From the NCBI GenBank assembly GCA_002727315.1, contig PBWR01000007.1, forward strand, positions 204,005-268,004: a DNA stretch of 64,000 nucleotides. The letters run 5' to 3'. Origin of the DNA: Alphaproteobacteria bacterium (lineage in GTDB: Bacteria > Pseudomonadota > Alphaproteobacteria > UBA6615). The translations under genes and the position numbers were made by a program. The notes beneath the pieces are model-generated. The model saw only the letters and a program-made list of their open reading frames with translations, searched no databases and had not been told where the DNA came from. How positions within the stretch are numbered: position 1 is the first letter of the stretch; each line of letters begins with the position of its first letter. This document shows positions 24,109 through 34,805 of the stretch, piece after piece.

Positions 24109-25372
24109 CCTTCTCCTCCGCGTGCTGGCGCTGGCCGGGTTCGGTGCGGTCGGCGATGTGATGCGCCACCGCAGTTTTCGGATTTACCTTGTCGGGCACA
24201 TCCCCAATGTCGTGGGCACCTGGGTCGTCCGCATCTCGATCAGCTGGCTCGCCTGGGAGCTGACCCATTCGGGTTTCTGGGTCGGCGCCGTGGCCGCCGC
24301 GGATGCCCTGCCCGTGCTTCTGTTCGGCCCGATCGGCGGTGTTATGGCAGACCGGATGGACCGGCGGCAGATCGCCGTGGCGACCCAGGCCATACTGGTC
24401 GTGATCTCGGTACTGCTGACGGTCGTGACCTTCGCCGGCCTGATGACCATCTGGCTGCTGCTGGCCATGGCACTCGCGCGCGGCATCACGTTCTCGTTCT
24501 GGCAGCCGGTCCGGCTGGCGCTCATGCCGAACCTGGTGCCGCGTTCGGAGATCGCAACCGCGATCGCGCTCAACTCGTCGACGTTCAATGCTGCCCAGTT
24601 CGTGGGCCCGGCACTCGCAGCAATTCTCCTGCCGCTGGGCGGGCCGGAGCTTGCCTTCGCGTTCAATATCTTTGCGGGCGGTGCCATGGTCTGGGCGCTG
24701 GCGAGCATCCAGGTGCCGCTGCAGACCGACACTAAGTCGGCGAACGGAACGTTCCTCGGTGACGCGCTTGCCGGGATTCGGTACGGGGCATCCCATCCCG
24801 GCATCGGGCCCATGCTCCTTCTATTGTTTGCGCTCGGCACAATGATTCGGCCGTTGACGGAACTTTTGTCCGCGCTCGCCGGCTCGGTGTTCCTGCTCGA
24901 TGTCACGGGCTTCTCCATCATGGCCTCCTCGCTGGGCATTGGGGCCATGACCGGCGCGATCTGGATGCTGCGACGGGGCAACAAGGACGGCATTACCGAA
25001 TTGGCGCTTCTGTCGGGTCTGGTCGGCGGGACGGCGGCGTTTCTGATCGTCAATGTCACATGGTTGCCGCTTGCCATGGTCTGCCTTGCGGCGCTCGGAT
25101 TTTCCATGACCAGTGGCGGGATCGCCACGCAGCAGGTCGTCCAGTTCGCCGTACCCGATGCGATGCGGGGGCGTGTGCTGGGTCTGTTCGGGATGATCTT
25201 TCGCGCCGGGCCTGCGCTCGGCGCGCTGGCCATGGGCCGGATCGGCGATGCGGTCGGGCTCGGCTGGCCCGTAACGGTGGGTTCCCTGGTGGGCCTGGCT
25301 GTCTACATATATGCCTACTCCCGGCGCACCCGCCTGCATGCGGCGCTCGAGGGGGGAGCGGTGCCGGACTAG
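24101..25372 (+). CDS. MFS transporter (EntS/MFS_3-like)
   Basis: 423 aa with about 12 TM segments and a [11 protein letters not shown] loop motif. Overlaps the mutS stop by 8 nt. Confidence 0.8.
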   Translation: MNDLLLRVLALAGFGAVGDVMRHRSFRIYLVGHIPNVVGTWVVRISISWLAWELTHSGFWVGAVAAADALPVLLFGPIGGVMADRMDRRQIAVATQAILVVISVLLTVVTFAGLMTIWLLLAMALARGITFSFWQPVRLALMPNLVPRSEIATAIALNSSTFNAAQFVGPALAAILLPLGGPELAFAFNIFAGGAMVWALASIQVPLQTDTKSANGTFLGDALAGIRYGASHPGIGPMLLLLFALGTMIRPLTELLSALAGSVFLLDVTGFSIMASSLGIGAMTGAIWMLRRGNKDGITELALLSGLVGGTAAFLIVNVTWLPLAMVCLAALGFSMTSGGIATQQVVQFAVPDAMRGRVLGLFGMIFRAGPALGALAMGRIGDAVGLGWPVTVGSLVGLAVYIYAYSRRTRLHAALEGGAVPD

Positions 25373-25428
25373 CGCGATCCGGGCGCGGCGTATTCATTCC
25401 GGCGCCGAGAGTGTAAAACAAGGCTGCT

Positions 25429-28185
25429 ATGCCAAGGCGGAAACCGAAACGCGACACGATCGACCGGGCTCGGTTGGAAGACGAGATCGCAAGCGCCTGC
25501 GCCGATCTGGGTTCGTTGAGCGACCGTCGGCGCGTCACACTTGAGCATCTCAAGGCCGCCATCGAGGAGGGTCGCACCAAGGTGCAGACCCGTTTCGAGG
25601 CTGCCGAGATCGACGGCAACGCCGCCAAGGGCGACCTCGCCTTTCTGTTCGACCAGGTCATCCGTATCGTCCACGACGCGGCCGCGCGGGCATATCCCGC
25701 CGCCAATCCGACGGCGTCCGACCGTCTGGCGATCGTGGCCGTGGGGGGATACGGCCGCGGCGAACTGGCGCCCTTCTCGGACATCGATTTGCTGTTTCTT
25801 TTCCCGTGGAAGCAGACCCCGCACGGCGAGCAGATCGTCGAGTACATGCTCTACATGTTGTGGGACCTGGGGCTGAAGGTCGGCCACTCGACCCGCTCGA
25901 TCGAGGATTGCGTCCGCCTGGCGAAGAAGGACCTGACGATCCGCACGGCCCTGCTGGAGGCGCGTTTCCTGTGGGGCGATCAGGATCTGTTCCTCGAATA
26001 TCGCAAGACGTTCCGCGAACAGGTGATCTCCGGCGCGGCGATGGAGTTCGTCAAGGGCAAGCTCGACGAGCGCGACAGCCGGCACGAGAAGATGGGTGAC
26101 AGCCGCTACTACGTCGAATCCAATATCAAGGACGGGAAGGGAGGCCTGCGCGACCTGCAGACCCTCTACTGGATCGCGAAATACGCCTACGAAGTCGACA
26201 GCGTCGCCGACCTGGTCGATCGCGACGTGCTGACGAAGGCCGAAGCGCGCAATTTCGAGAAGGACCAGAACTTCCTGTGGAGCGTCCGGTTCCACCTGCA
26301 CTATCTGTCGGAACGGGCCGAAGAGCGCCTGACCTTCGATGTGCAAACACCGATTTCCCAGCGCATGGGCTACGCCGACCGGGCCGGCGCATCCGGTGTC
26401 GAGCGGTTCATGAAGCATTACTACATCGTGGCCAAGGATGTGGGCGATCTGACCCGTATCTTCTGCGCCGCGATCGAGGCGGAGAATATGAGCCGCCCCC
26501 TGATCCGGCTGCCACGTCTGCGCCGGTCGAGCGACCTGATGGGCTTCGTCATCGACCGAGACCGCCTTACGGTGGCCGATGACGAACAGTTCGAGCGCGA
26601 CCCGGTCGCGATGATCCGGCTTTTCTATGTGGCGCACAATGCGGGCCTCGATGTGCACCCCGCCGCGCTGCGCCTGGTGACCCAGAATCTGAAACGTATC
26701 GACAAGACCGTTCGCGAGGACCCGGAGGCGAACCGGATGTTTGTCGAGATGGCCTCGTCGATCGACTCGCCCGAAGTCGTGCTGACACGCATGAACGAGG
26801 CTGGCGTGTTCGGCCGGTTCCTGCGCGATTTCGGGCGCGTCGTCGGCCAGACCCAGCACGACATGTATCACGTCTATACGGTCGATGAGCACACCATCCA
26901 GGCGATCGGCCTGCTCGCCCGCATCGAGCGCGGCGAGCTGAAGGACGAACACCCGGTCGCCAGCGAAGTGATCCACAAGATCGGCTCGCGGCGTGCGCTT
27001 TATTTGGGCGTTCTGTTTCATGACATTGCCAAGGGGCGCGGCGGCGATCATTCGGTGCAGGGCGCGCGGGTAGCCAAGCGTGTATGCCCGCGCCTGGGTC
27101 TCGACGAAGAGGAAAGCGAGACCGTCGAGTGGCTGGTCCGCGAGCATCTGGTAATGAGCGACGTTGCCCAGAAGCGCGACCTCAACGACAGCAAGACGAT
27201 CATGGACTTCGTCGACCAGGTGCAGTCGCCCGAGCGGTTGCGGCTGTTGCTGTGCCTGACCGTCGTGGACATGCGTGCCACCGGCCCCAATGTCTGGAAC
27301 AACTGGAAGGCCGAACTGCTGCGTGAGCTCTACAGCGCGGCCGAAGATGTGATGTCCGGCGGCCAGCTTACCAACGCACGCGCCGCCCGGATCGGCGCGG
27401 CGCAGGCGGCATTGCGCGAGGCGCTGGCGGATTGGAGCGATGACGATATCGCGGCGCAGCTGGACCGTGGCTACTCCGGATACTGGTTGGCCTTCGACAC
27501 CGAGACGCTGGCGCACCATGCGCGCATCATGCGCACGGCCGAGCAGGAACAATTGCCATTGTCGATTCGCACGCGCGTGCGCGCCGATATCGATGTCACC
27601 GAACTCACGGTCTACACCCAGGATCACCCGGGCCTGTTCTCGCGGATCGCCGGTGCGATTGCCGGGGTCGATGCGAACATTGTCGACGCCAAGGTGTTCA
27701 CCACGCCCAACGGCATGGCCCTCGACACATTCTGGCTCCAGAACCGCGAGGGCGGCGCGCTGTCTGCATCGGGAACCCTGGCCAAGCTGACGGTCCAGAT
27801 CGAACGCGCGTTTGCCGGCGAGATGAATCGCAGCGAACCCGAGGCGCAACGGACATTCGTGCCGGCCCGGGTAAAGGTGTTCAAGGTGCCGCCGCGGGTT
27901 ATTGTCGACAACCAGGCGAGCGCCACCCACACGGTGATCGAGATCAACGGTCGCGATCGTCCGGGCTTCCTGTATCTGGTGACTCGCGCCCTCTACGATT
28001 TGTCCTTGCAGGTCTCCTCGGCCAAGATTTCAACCTACGGGGAACGGGCCGTCGACGTGTTCTATGTCAAGGATGGTTTCGGCACGAAGGTCACCCATGA
28101 GGCGCGCATCGGCGCGATCCGTGAGCGGCTTCTGGAGGCGATTCGCGAGGACGATTCCGCCCCGGCGCGCACGGCCGCCGAGTAG
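25429..28185 (+). CDS. glnD: [Protein-PII] uridylyltransferase/uridylyl-removing enzyme GlnD
   Basis: 918 aa. Nucleotidyltransferase motif (GGYGRGELAPFSDIDLLFL), HD domain (LFHDIAKG) and two C-terminal ACT domains. Confidence 0.95.
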   Translation: MPRRKPKRDTIDRARLEDEIASACADLGSLSDRRRVTLEHLKAAIEEGRTKVQTRFEAAEIDGNAAKGDLAFLFDQVIRIVHDAAARAYPAANPTASDRLAIVAVGGYGRGELAPFSDIDLLFLFPWKQTPHGEQIVEYMLYMLWDLGLKVGHSTRSIEDCVRLAKKDLTIRTALLEARFLWGDQDLFLEYRKTFREQVISGAAMEFVKGKLDERDSRHEKMGDSRYYVESNIKDGKGGLRDLQTLYWIAKYAYEVDSVADLVDRDVLTKAEARNFEKDQNFLWSVRFHLHYLSERAEERLTFDVQTPISQRMGYADRAGASGVERFMKHYYIVAKDVGDLTRIFCAAIEAENMSRPLIRLPRLRRSSDLMGFVIDRDRLTVADDEQFERDPVAMIRLFYVAHNAGLDVHPAALRLVTQNLKRIDKTVREDPEANRMFVEMASSIDSPEVVLTRMNEAGVFGRFLRDFGRVVGQTQHDMYHVYTVDEHTIQAIGLLARIERGELKDEHPVASEVIHKIGSRRALYLGVLFHDIAKGRGGDHSVQGARVAKRVCPRLGLDEEESETVEWLVREHLVMSDVAQKRDLNDSKTIMDFVDQVQSPERLRLLLCLTVVDMRATGPNVWNNWKAELLRELYSAAEDVMSGGQLTNARAARIGAAQAALREALADWSDDDIAAQLDRGYSGYWLAFDTETLAHHARIMRTAEQEQLPLSIRTRVRADIDVTELTVYTQDHPGLFSRIAGAIAGVDANIVDAKVFTTPNGMALDTFWLQNREGGALSASGTLAKLTVQIERAFAGEMNRSEPEAQRTFVPARVKVFKVPPRVIVDNQASATHTVIEINGRDRPGFLYLVTRALYDLSLQVSSAKISTYGERAVDVFYVKDGFGTKVTHEARIGAIRERLLEAIREDDSAPARTAAE

Positions 28186-28273
28186 CGAGCCGGCCTCCTG
28201 CATGACGCTCGCGTTGCCCGGTCCGGGCATTCGGTGCCTTTCCTTCGCCTTGGTTTCCCGTTAAGAGCGGCGC

Positions 28274-29821
28274 ATGTCGCTCGTTCGCGCAATCGCCACG
28301 GTCGGCGGCTGGACCATGGGCAGCCGCGTGCTCGGTTTCGTGCGCGATATGTTCATTGCCGCGTTCCTGGGCGCCGGACAGGTTAGCGACGCTTTCTTTG
28401 TCGCCCTGCAGTTCCCCAATATTTTTCGCCGTCTTTTCGCCGAGGGTGCGTTCAACGCGGCCTTCGTGCCGCTGTTCGCCGGTGAACTGACCGAGAACGG
28501 CCGGGCCGCCGCGAAGGAATTCGCCCAGCGTGTGTTCGGCGTCATGCTACTGATCCTGATCGTCCTCAGCGTGCTGGTCGAAATCTTCATGCCGGAAGTG
28601 ATGTCCGTCGTCGCCGGCGGGTTCGCCGACGAGCCGGAGAAGTTTCAACTCGCCGTCGATTTCGCCCGCCTGACATTTCCCTATCTCCTGTTCGTGTCCC
28701 TGTCGGCAATGCTGGGCGGCATCCTCAACACGCTTGAGAAATTTGCCGCTGCCGCGGCCGCGCCGATACTGCTGAACGTGGTGCTAATCGGTGCGCTCAT
28801 CGGGGTCTCGCAGGGCCTGCTGCCCGATCCGGGCCTGGCCTTGAGCTGGGGTGTGCTGATCGCCGGCATCGGACAGTTTGTCTGGCTGGCTGCGGTGTGC
28901 GCGCGCACGGGAGTGATGCCCATCGTGCCGAAGCTGGTCATGGGCCCGCGGGTGCGGCGCCTGTTCGCGCTGATGGGGCCGGGGATCCTCGGCGCCGGGG
29001 TATATCAGATCAATGTTCTGATCGGGGTGCGCCTGGCCTCTGAGCTGCCCGAAGGCTCGGTGGCGTTCCTGTATTTCGCCGACCGGGTGAACCAGCTGCC
29101 GCTCGGTGTCGTCGGGGCCGCCGTCGGGGTGGCGCTACTGCCACTTCTGTCGCGCCAGCTCAAGGCGGGCGACACGGGCGCGGCCCGCGAAAGCCAGAAA
29201 CGGGCGATCGAATTCGCAATGCTGCTGACGATCCCGGCGGCCGCGGCGCTCGTGGTGATCGCGGATCCGCTCGTCACGGTCCTGTTCCAGCGCGGCGCGT
29301 TCGACGCCGGCGATGCCGCGGCCACGGGGCAGGCACTGGCCGCGTTCGCCCTGGGCCTGCCGGCTTATGTGCTGATCAAGGCGCTGGCGCCCGGCTTCTT
29401 CGCCCGTGAGGACACCGCGACCCCGATCAAGATCGCGGCCATCGCGCTGGTGGCGAATGTGGCCCTGGCACTCTCCTTGATGCCTGTGCTGGCGCATGTG
29501 GGCATCGCTCTCGCGACTGCGGTGTCGTCCTGGCTGAACGCCGCGCTGCTGGCCGCGCTTCTGTATCGACGCGGCCTGCTCGACCCCGATGCACGTCTCG
29601 TCGGGCGGTTGTTGCGAATCCTTGCCGCATCCGCCCTGATGGGGGTTGGATTGTGGTTGGGCGCGGCGCTTATGGCCGGCCAACTCGCACGCAGCGATGT
29701 GCCGGGAATAGCCGCGCTGGCGGTTCTGGTGGTGGTCGGTGTCGCGATCTACGGCGCGCTGGCGCAGCTGCTGCGGGCGACCTCGCTGGGCGAGATGCGC
29801 GAGATGCTGCGGCGCGGATAG
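28274..29821 (+). CDS. murJ: Lipid II flippase MurJ (MviN)
   Basis: 515 aa, polytopic. N-terminus SRVLGFVRDMFIAAFLGAG...DAFFVALQFPNIFRRLFAEGAF is the typical MurJ signature. Confidence 0.93.
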   Translation: MSLVRAIATVGGWTMGSRVLGFVRDMFIAAFLGAGQVSDAFFVALQFPNIFRRLFAEGAFNAAFVPLFAGELTENGRAAAKEFAQRVFGVMLLILIVLSVLVEIFMPEVMSVVAGGFADEPEKFQLAVDFARLTFPYLLFVSLSAMLGGILNTLEKFAAAAAAPILLNVVLIGALIGVSQGLLPDPGLALSWGVLIAGIGQFVWLAAVCARTGVMPIVPKLVMGPRVRRLFALMGPGILGAGVYQINVLIGVRLASELPEGSVAFLYFADRVNQLPLGVVGAAVGVALLPLLSRQLKAGDTGAARESQKRAIEFAMLLTIPAAAALVVIADPLVTVLFQRGAFDAGDAAATGQALAAFALGLPAYVLIKALAPGFFAREDTATPIKIAAIALVANVALALSLMPVLAHVGIALATAVSSWLNAALLAALLYRRGLLDPDARLVGRLLRILAASALMGVGLWLGAALMAGQLARSDVPGIAALAVLVVVGVAIYGALAQLLRATSLGEMREMLRRG

Positions 29822-29914
29822 GGTACGACCGCTTGACCTCGGGCGCGGGCGCGGCCATAACGCGCGCCACCCCTGACACCCTCGGGCGTCCAAACCCCCA
29901 GGAGCGATTTTGCG

Positions 29915-30943
29915 ATGAACCGCATTTTCTCGGGCGTTCAGCCCACCGGCGATCTTCACCTCGGAAACTATCTCGGTGCGATCCGGAACTTTGTCGGCCT
30001 GCAGGCCGATTTCGAATGCATCTACTGCGTGGTCGATATGCATGCGATCACGGTCTGGCAGGACCCCAAGCAGCTGGCGCCGCACACGCGCGAGGTGGCG
30101 GCGGCGTTCCTTGCCTCGGGCATCGATCCGGCCAACTCGATCATTTTCAACCAGAGCCAGGTAACTGCCCATGCTGAGCTGGCCTGGGTCTTCAACTGCG
30201 TGGCGCGGATGGGCTGGCTCAACCGCATGACCCAGTTCAAGGAGAAGGCCGGCAATCACCGCGAGAATGCAAGTGTTGGGCTGTATGTGTATCCGAACCT
30301 GATGGCGGCCGACATTCTGGCCTACAAGGCGACCCACGTGCCCGTCGGCGAGGACCAGAAACAGCATCTGGAACTGACCCGCGATATCGCCATCAAGTTC
30401 AACAACGACTTCGAGACGGATTTCTTCCCCGTGGTCGAGCCGCTGATCTTCGGCGAGGCGACGCGGGTGATGAGCCTGCGCGACGGCAGCAAGAAGATGT
30501 CGAAGTCGGACCCTTCGGAATATTCCCGGATCAACCTGACCGACGGTGCTGACGACATTGCCGGCAAGATTCGCAAGGCCAAGACCGATCCTGAGGAGCT
30601 TCCCGGTCCCGACGCCCTGGCCGAGGACGGCATCCATGTCGACGACGAGGCCGCGAAGGCGCGCCCTGAGGCTTTCAACCTGCTGTCGATCTACGCCGCC
30701 CTATCGGGTCAGTCGATCGCCGTGACACTGGATCAGTTTGCGGGCGCCCAGTTCAGCGCGTTCAAGGGCCAGCTGGCGGACCTTTCGGTCGAGAAGCTTG
30801 GCCCGATCGGTGCCGAGATGCAGCGGCTGATGGCGGATCCGGGCCATGTCGACGGCATCCTGCACGATGGTGCCGAACGCGCCGCTGCGATCGCCGAACC
30901 GGTCATCCGCGACGTGCACGAGATCGTCGGCTTCCTGCGCTAG
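29915..30943 (+). CDS. trpS: Tryptophan--tRNA ligase
   Basis: 342 aa. [17 protein letters not shown] (HIGH-type motif) and KMSKS. Confidence 0.96.
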   Translation: MNRIFSGVQPTGDLHLGNYLGAIRNFVGLQADFECIYCVVDMHAITVWQDPKQLAPHTREVAAAFLASGIDPANSIIFNQSQVTAHAELAWVFNCVARMGWLNRMTQFKEKAGNHRENASVGLYVYPNLMAADILAYKATHVPVGEDQKQHLELTRDIAIKFNNDFETDFFPVVEPLIFGEATRVMSLRDGSKKMSKSDPSEYSRINLTDGADDIAGKIRKAKTDPEELPGPDALAEDGIHVDDEAAKARPEAFNLLSIYAALSGQSIAVTLDQFAGAQFSAFKGQLADLSVEKLGPIGAEMQRLMADPGHVDGILHDGAERAAAIAEPVIRDVHEIVGFLR

Positions 30944-31642
30944 TCCACGGGCGCGTGAAGTTCCGATGATCCGATATCCAGACCACCGCCTCGATGGTTT
31001 CGTTCACGCCCGATAGATCTCGCCGTCGATCACCCGTTCCCCGGCGCTGTGGCCGAGATAGGTGTCCATCAGGTTGCACGCGATCATGCGCATCGCGAGA
31101 ATTTCCAGCACCAGCGAGAATGCCGGCATGAGTTGCTGGATGCGCGTGATTGCTTCCTCGGGGAAGCCCTCGGGCGCCTGGGGCGACCAGGAACAGGCAA
31201 AACTCTGTCCGTCGGAGAACGGGATCGGCAGGATCACATGATCGGTGATTCCCTGGGCGTCCAGGTCATCGAGAATGGGGAAATCGCACGGGTAATCGGG
31301 ACCGAGGAGGCGTCGGCGGATACCCGGTGAGCCCTCGAAGATCAGGCGGACCGGGCTGCGCTGATAGGCTTCGCTCGACTGGGATTCATGGTCTCCGCGA
31401 AACTGGTGCATCCCTCCGGTTCTGCCGTCCCACACGAACCCGGCCGCGGCGATCTGGGGATGCAGGGTTCGAATGACCACGCTGAGGCGCGCCAGCGGCA
31501 GGCCAAATTCCTGGAATCGGCGCCCGACCTCGCTGATCAGGACCGGGATTGAATCGACATAGCGCCAGAAATTCTAGGTCCACTCGAACTCCGGACACGC
31601 ATATTCGGGGCCGGGCAGGTCGGAGACGTCGTCCGGTTGCAT
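30944..31642 (-). pseudogene. Decayed class III adenylate/guanylate cyclase gene (N-terminal sensor region plus first catalytic motif only)
   Basis: Frame from the ATG at 31642: MQPDDVSDLPGPEYACPEFEWT, then an in-frame TAG (31574-31576), then NFWRYVDSIPVLISEVGRRFQEFGLPLARLSVVIRTLHPQ...MDTYLGHSAGERVIDGEIYRA and a stop. A 1-nt frame change then reads NETIEAVVWISDHRNFTRPW, which is like the cyclase FSD(L/I)RGFT motif. That reading runs into the trpS 3' end with no further catalytic domain. Confidence 0.55.
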
Positions 31643-31967
31643 GCGATTCTCAGACACAAGTGTTTCACTATCCACAGGGGTGATATCCCGGGCTGGGGCT
31701 TTTCAATAGGCCGGTTTGGTACGTAGAACATAGGATGTTCCCGCTGTGTTCGCCAGTTTTCGGCCGATCGTGTTAACCAACAATCGATTTTCGATTAACC
31801 CCATTTGGTTCAAATCAGGGGTTGATTATTCCGGAAGTTTTGCCAAGTTCCCGTTCAGTGAAGACCCCGCAAATGCGATTTATTAACGAATCGCCCGGGC
31901 AAACGTTAACAAGAGCCATCAAAACGCGCCCGGTGCGATGTTGCGGTGCAGCGAGGTAAGACTCGGT

Positions 31968-32522
31968 ATGTTCATTCAGACCGAAGAAACGCCGAACCCG
32001 GCCACTTTGAAATTCCTTCCCGGAAGCGAAGTGCTGGGCACAGGCACGGCCGATTTCCCCAACCGGGACGGCGCCGACAAATCGCCGTTGGCCCAGCGCC
32101 TGTTTGGCGTGGCCGAAGTCACTGCCGTGTTCCTGGGCGGCGATTTCATCACCGTGACCAAGTCACCCGATGCGGACTGGCAGGTTCTCAAGCCGGCGGT
32201 CCTCGGCGCAATCATGGAACACTTCACCTCGGGCGACCCGGCCCTACGCGAGGCTGCGGGCCCGGTGCACGCAGCCGGTGACGGTGAGAACGAGGAGGTT
32301 GTCTCCCAGATCGTGGAATTGCTCGACACCCGGGTGCGCCCCGCCGTTGCGATGGATGGCGGCGATATCGTGTTTCACGGCTTCGAGGACGGCGTCGTGT
32401 TTCTGACCATGCAAGGCGCCTGCGCCGGCTGCCCGAGTTCGACGGCCACGTTGAAGATGGGCATCGAGAATCTGCTCCGGCACTACGTGCCGGAAGTGGA
32501 CGAGGTTCAGGCCGTTTCCTGA
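31968..32522 (+). CDS. NifU/Nfu-type Fe-S cluster scaffold or carrier (Nfu_N + NifU C-terminal domains)
   Basis: Start at the ATG at 31968, preceded by GAGGTAAG. MFIQTEETPNPATLKFLPG (Nfu_N) and C-terminal MQGACAGCPSS (CxxC). Confidence 0.88.
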   Translation: MFIQTEETPNPATLKFLPGSEVLGTGTADFPNRDGADKSPLAQRLFGVAEVTAVFLGGDFITVTKSPDADWQVLKPAVLGAIMEHFTSGDPALREAAGPVHAAGDGENEEVVSQIVELLDTRVRPAVAMDGGDIVFHGFEDGVVFLTMQGACAGCPSSTATLKMGIENLLRHYVPEVDEVQAVS

Positions 32523-32613
32523 CGGCCGAAACGCAACGACTTGCCGAATATGTTGAATACGAATAAAAGTCGATACGCCCTTGGCCCGCGGCACAACGCG
32601 GGAGCGTGTACGA

Positions 32614-33624
32614 ATGGGGGATATCATTCGTAATTTTGGTGACTATAAGCGTGCGGCACTGGCCGTAACGGCGGTGGGCGTCGTTGCGCTATATGGCGCT
32701 GCAATCGCCTATCCGGTTGACCGGCCTGCCCGGGAAGCGCTCGACTGGATCGCGCTGCCGCAAGTGGAGTTCAGCGCGGAATCGGATCGCCCGGCGATTG
32801 ACGATGGAGACATGGTCCGCGTCGCAACCGCCGATGACCTGCGCGATATGCTCGAGGCGGCGGATTACGATCTGCGCCCGGTGCGCCGCGGCCACACGCG
32901 TGTGCCACGCCTGTTCGTGGAGCGGCTGCCTGAAAACTTCGACGAAGAGATGGTCGTCGATGAGCGCAAGCGCGTGTTCATCCGAACAATTCTGCCGCTG
33001 GTGCTGAAGGTCAATGAAGAGGTTCGCGCCGAGCGCCGCCGCCTGGTCGCGCTTGAGGAGCAGATTCTTTCGGGCCGCGACATTTCGGACTCGGCCGAAA
33101 CCTGGCTGAGCAAGCTGGCGGAGAAGTACGACGTCGCGTCGGGCGATTTCGCCGAGCTGCTGCGTCGGGTCGACATGGTCTCCCCGACGCTGGCGCTGGC
33201 GCAGGCTATCGAGGAAAGCGGCTGGGGGCGTTCGCGTTTTGCCCGCCATGGCAATGCGCTGTTCGGCCAGCGCGCCTGGAGCCAGGGGGCCGGCTTCGTG
33301 CCCGAGGAACGCGCAGAGGGCGCCCAGTTCGAGGTGCGGGCGTTTGCTAGCCTTCTGGACAGCGTGCGCAGTTATGTCGTGAACCTGAACCGGCACTATG
33401 CCTATGACGATTACCGGATTGCGCGTGCGAATATGCGTGCCGGTTCTGTCAGCCTGGATGGCCGCGAACTGGCGAAAACGCTTGTCAGCTATTCCGAACG
33501 CCGCGAAGCCTATGTCGAGGCGCTGCTGGGCCTGATCCGGACGAACCGTCTCGATCAATTCGAAGTGGCGAAACTCTCGACGGAACCGTTTGACGCCGAC
33601 GCGGTTCAGCTGGCATCACGCTAG
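32614..33624 (+). CDS. Bax-like protein with GH73 N-acetylglucosaminidase domain
   Basis: Start at the ATG at 32614. N-terminal membrane anchor; C-terminal LALAQAIEESGWGRSRFARHGNALFG, a mannosyl-glycoprotein endo-beta-N-acetylglucosaminidase motif. Confidence 0.75.
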   Translation: MGDIIRNFGDYKRAALAVTAVGVVALYGAAIAYPVDRPAREALDWIALPQVEFSAESDRPAIDDGDMVRVATADDLRDMLEAADYDLRPVRRGHTRVPRLFVERLPENFDEEMVVDERKRVFIRTILPLVLKVNEEVRAERRRLVALEEQILSGRDISDSAETWLSKLAEKYDVASGDFAELLRRVDMVSPTLALAQAIEESGWGRSRFARHGNALFGQRAWSQGAGFVPEERAEGAQFEVRAFASLLDSVRSYVVNLNRHYAYDDYRIARANMRAGSVSLDGRELAKTLVSYSERREAYVEALLGLIRTNRLDQFEVAKLSTEPFDADAVQLASR

Positions 33625-33640
33625 ATCCGCTTTGCGCCGC

Positions 33641-34717
33641 CTATGAGCGCGGCACGTAATACAGCATTCCCAGCCACCGCCAACGTCCGTCGCGGCCCAG
33701 TCCGGTGCAGTTGATCCGCGCCCACCCGTTGGAAAAGGCCCGGTCCATCCGCACCTCCACGCGCGGTCCGATGACATCGACCTGGACCTGGCCTTGGTCG
33801 GCCGCATAACAGGCCAGCCCGTTGATCTGTTCCGCGTCCGGCGCGCGGGTGAACCCGAAGATGGGCGGATTTTCCGCCAGGGTCGGGTTGATGGGTGTCA
33901 TATCGCTGTAGGGAATGGGCAGGGAATTCACGACAAGTCGGAACCGCTCCATGTCGCCGAAATTCTCGTTCAGGGCAAACCGCGGCAGGTAGTAAAGGTC
34001 GTGGGAGGCTCCGAGCGCGCCCGAATGCTGCCCGAAGGCGACGTCGTAGCCGGCGTCCTGCACGATTCGCTGCACGCGGGTGCTGGCCTCGCCGAACGGG
34101 TAGGCAAAAATCTTGGGTATCTCACCGAGCTCTTCCAGATAGCGCGCGTTCGAGCGCGCGATATCAGATTCGTTGCGCGCCGGTGAGTTGGCCGCCATGT
34201 GCAGATGGGTCGCCGTATGGCCGCCGATGGTCACGCCCGCGGCCTTGAGTTCGCGGACCTGGTCCCAACTCATGAAGCCGGCGAATTCACGATCGATCGG
34301 GTCTGTCGACAGAAACACGGTGAACGGAAACCCGGCGCGGCGCAGACGCGGCCATGCCTCGGTGTAGATCGACAGATAGCCGTCATCGATCGTGATGGCG
34401 ACGGCGCGGTCCGGGAGCTCGCGGCCCTCGCGGATGGCGGCCACGATGTCCGGCAGGGGCAGCACCGTATAGGGGCCGGAGGAAAGCTCGGCGATGTGGG
34501 CGTCGAACTGCTCCAGGCGGATGTTGGTGGACGGAAAGGCGCTTTCGCCGAAGCGGTGGTACATCAGGACGACCGCTGAATCGGCCGCCAGGGACGGCGT
34601 CGCGGCTGCAAACCAGAGGGGCAGCGCGGCGAGGACCCCAAGCAACCCTCGGCGCAGCCATGTCGGCGCGTGCATCCAGGACAACTTCAAGCTGTATCCG
34701 ATCACAGGTTTTACCAC
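33641..34717 (-). CDS. Exported polysaccharide deacetylase (NodB-fold) family protein
   Basis: 358 aa. Signal peptide, then VVLMYHRF...AITIDDGYLSIY...HTATHLHM, which are NodB homology motifs. An extra C-terminal domain follows. Confidence 0.8.
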   Translation of the reverse strand: MVKPVIGYSLKLSWMHAPTWLRRGLLGVLAALPLWFAAATPSLAADSAVVLMYHRFGESAFPSTNIRLEQFDAHIAELSSGPYTVLPLPDIVAAIREGRELPDRAVAITIDDGYLSIYTEAWPRLRRAGFPFTVFLSTDPIDREFAGFMSWDQVRELKAAGVTIGGHTATHLHMAANSPARNESDIARSNARYLEELGEIPKIFAYPFGEASTRVQRIVQDAGYDVAFGQHSGALGASHDLYYLPRFALNENFGDMERFRLVVNSLPIPYSDMTPINPTLAENPPIFGFTRAPDAEQINGLACYAADQGQVQVDVIGPRVEVRMDRAFSNGWARINCTGLGRDGRWRWLGMLYYVPRS

Positions 34718-34805
34718 ACCATCAGTGTTGTCATGAAAACGGATCGACCATTGCCGAAATGTTACCTTTGGCCGGTTTTGCGCCGCAAGGCCCTGCCGAT
34801 CAAGA

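Noticed and set aside
25369-27930. 853-aa ORF antisense to glnD
   Set aside because: This is a shadow ORF typical of GC-rich DNA. The translation is low-complexity and Arg/Gly/Ala/Asp-rich with no recognisable domain, while the opposite strand encodes a full-length, motif-complete GlnD.
31537-31731. 64-aa minus-strand ORF in the AT-rich intergenic region
   Set aside because: There is no GC3 bias, no RBS and no family resemblance. It overlaps the 5' end of the cyclase pseudogene in a different frame.
31797-31829. AACCCC...GGGGTT inverted repeat upstream of the Nfu gene as an IscR type-2 site
   Set aside because: The CCC-to-GGG spacing is 15-16 nt, against about 11 in the type-2 consensus as I remember it. 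It is kept only as an unassigned inverted repeat in the AT-rich island finding.
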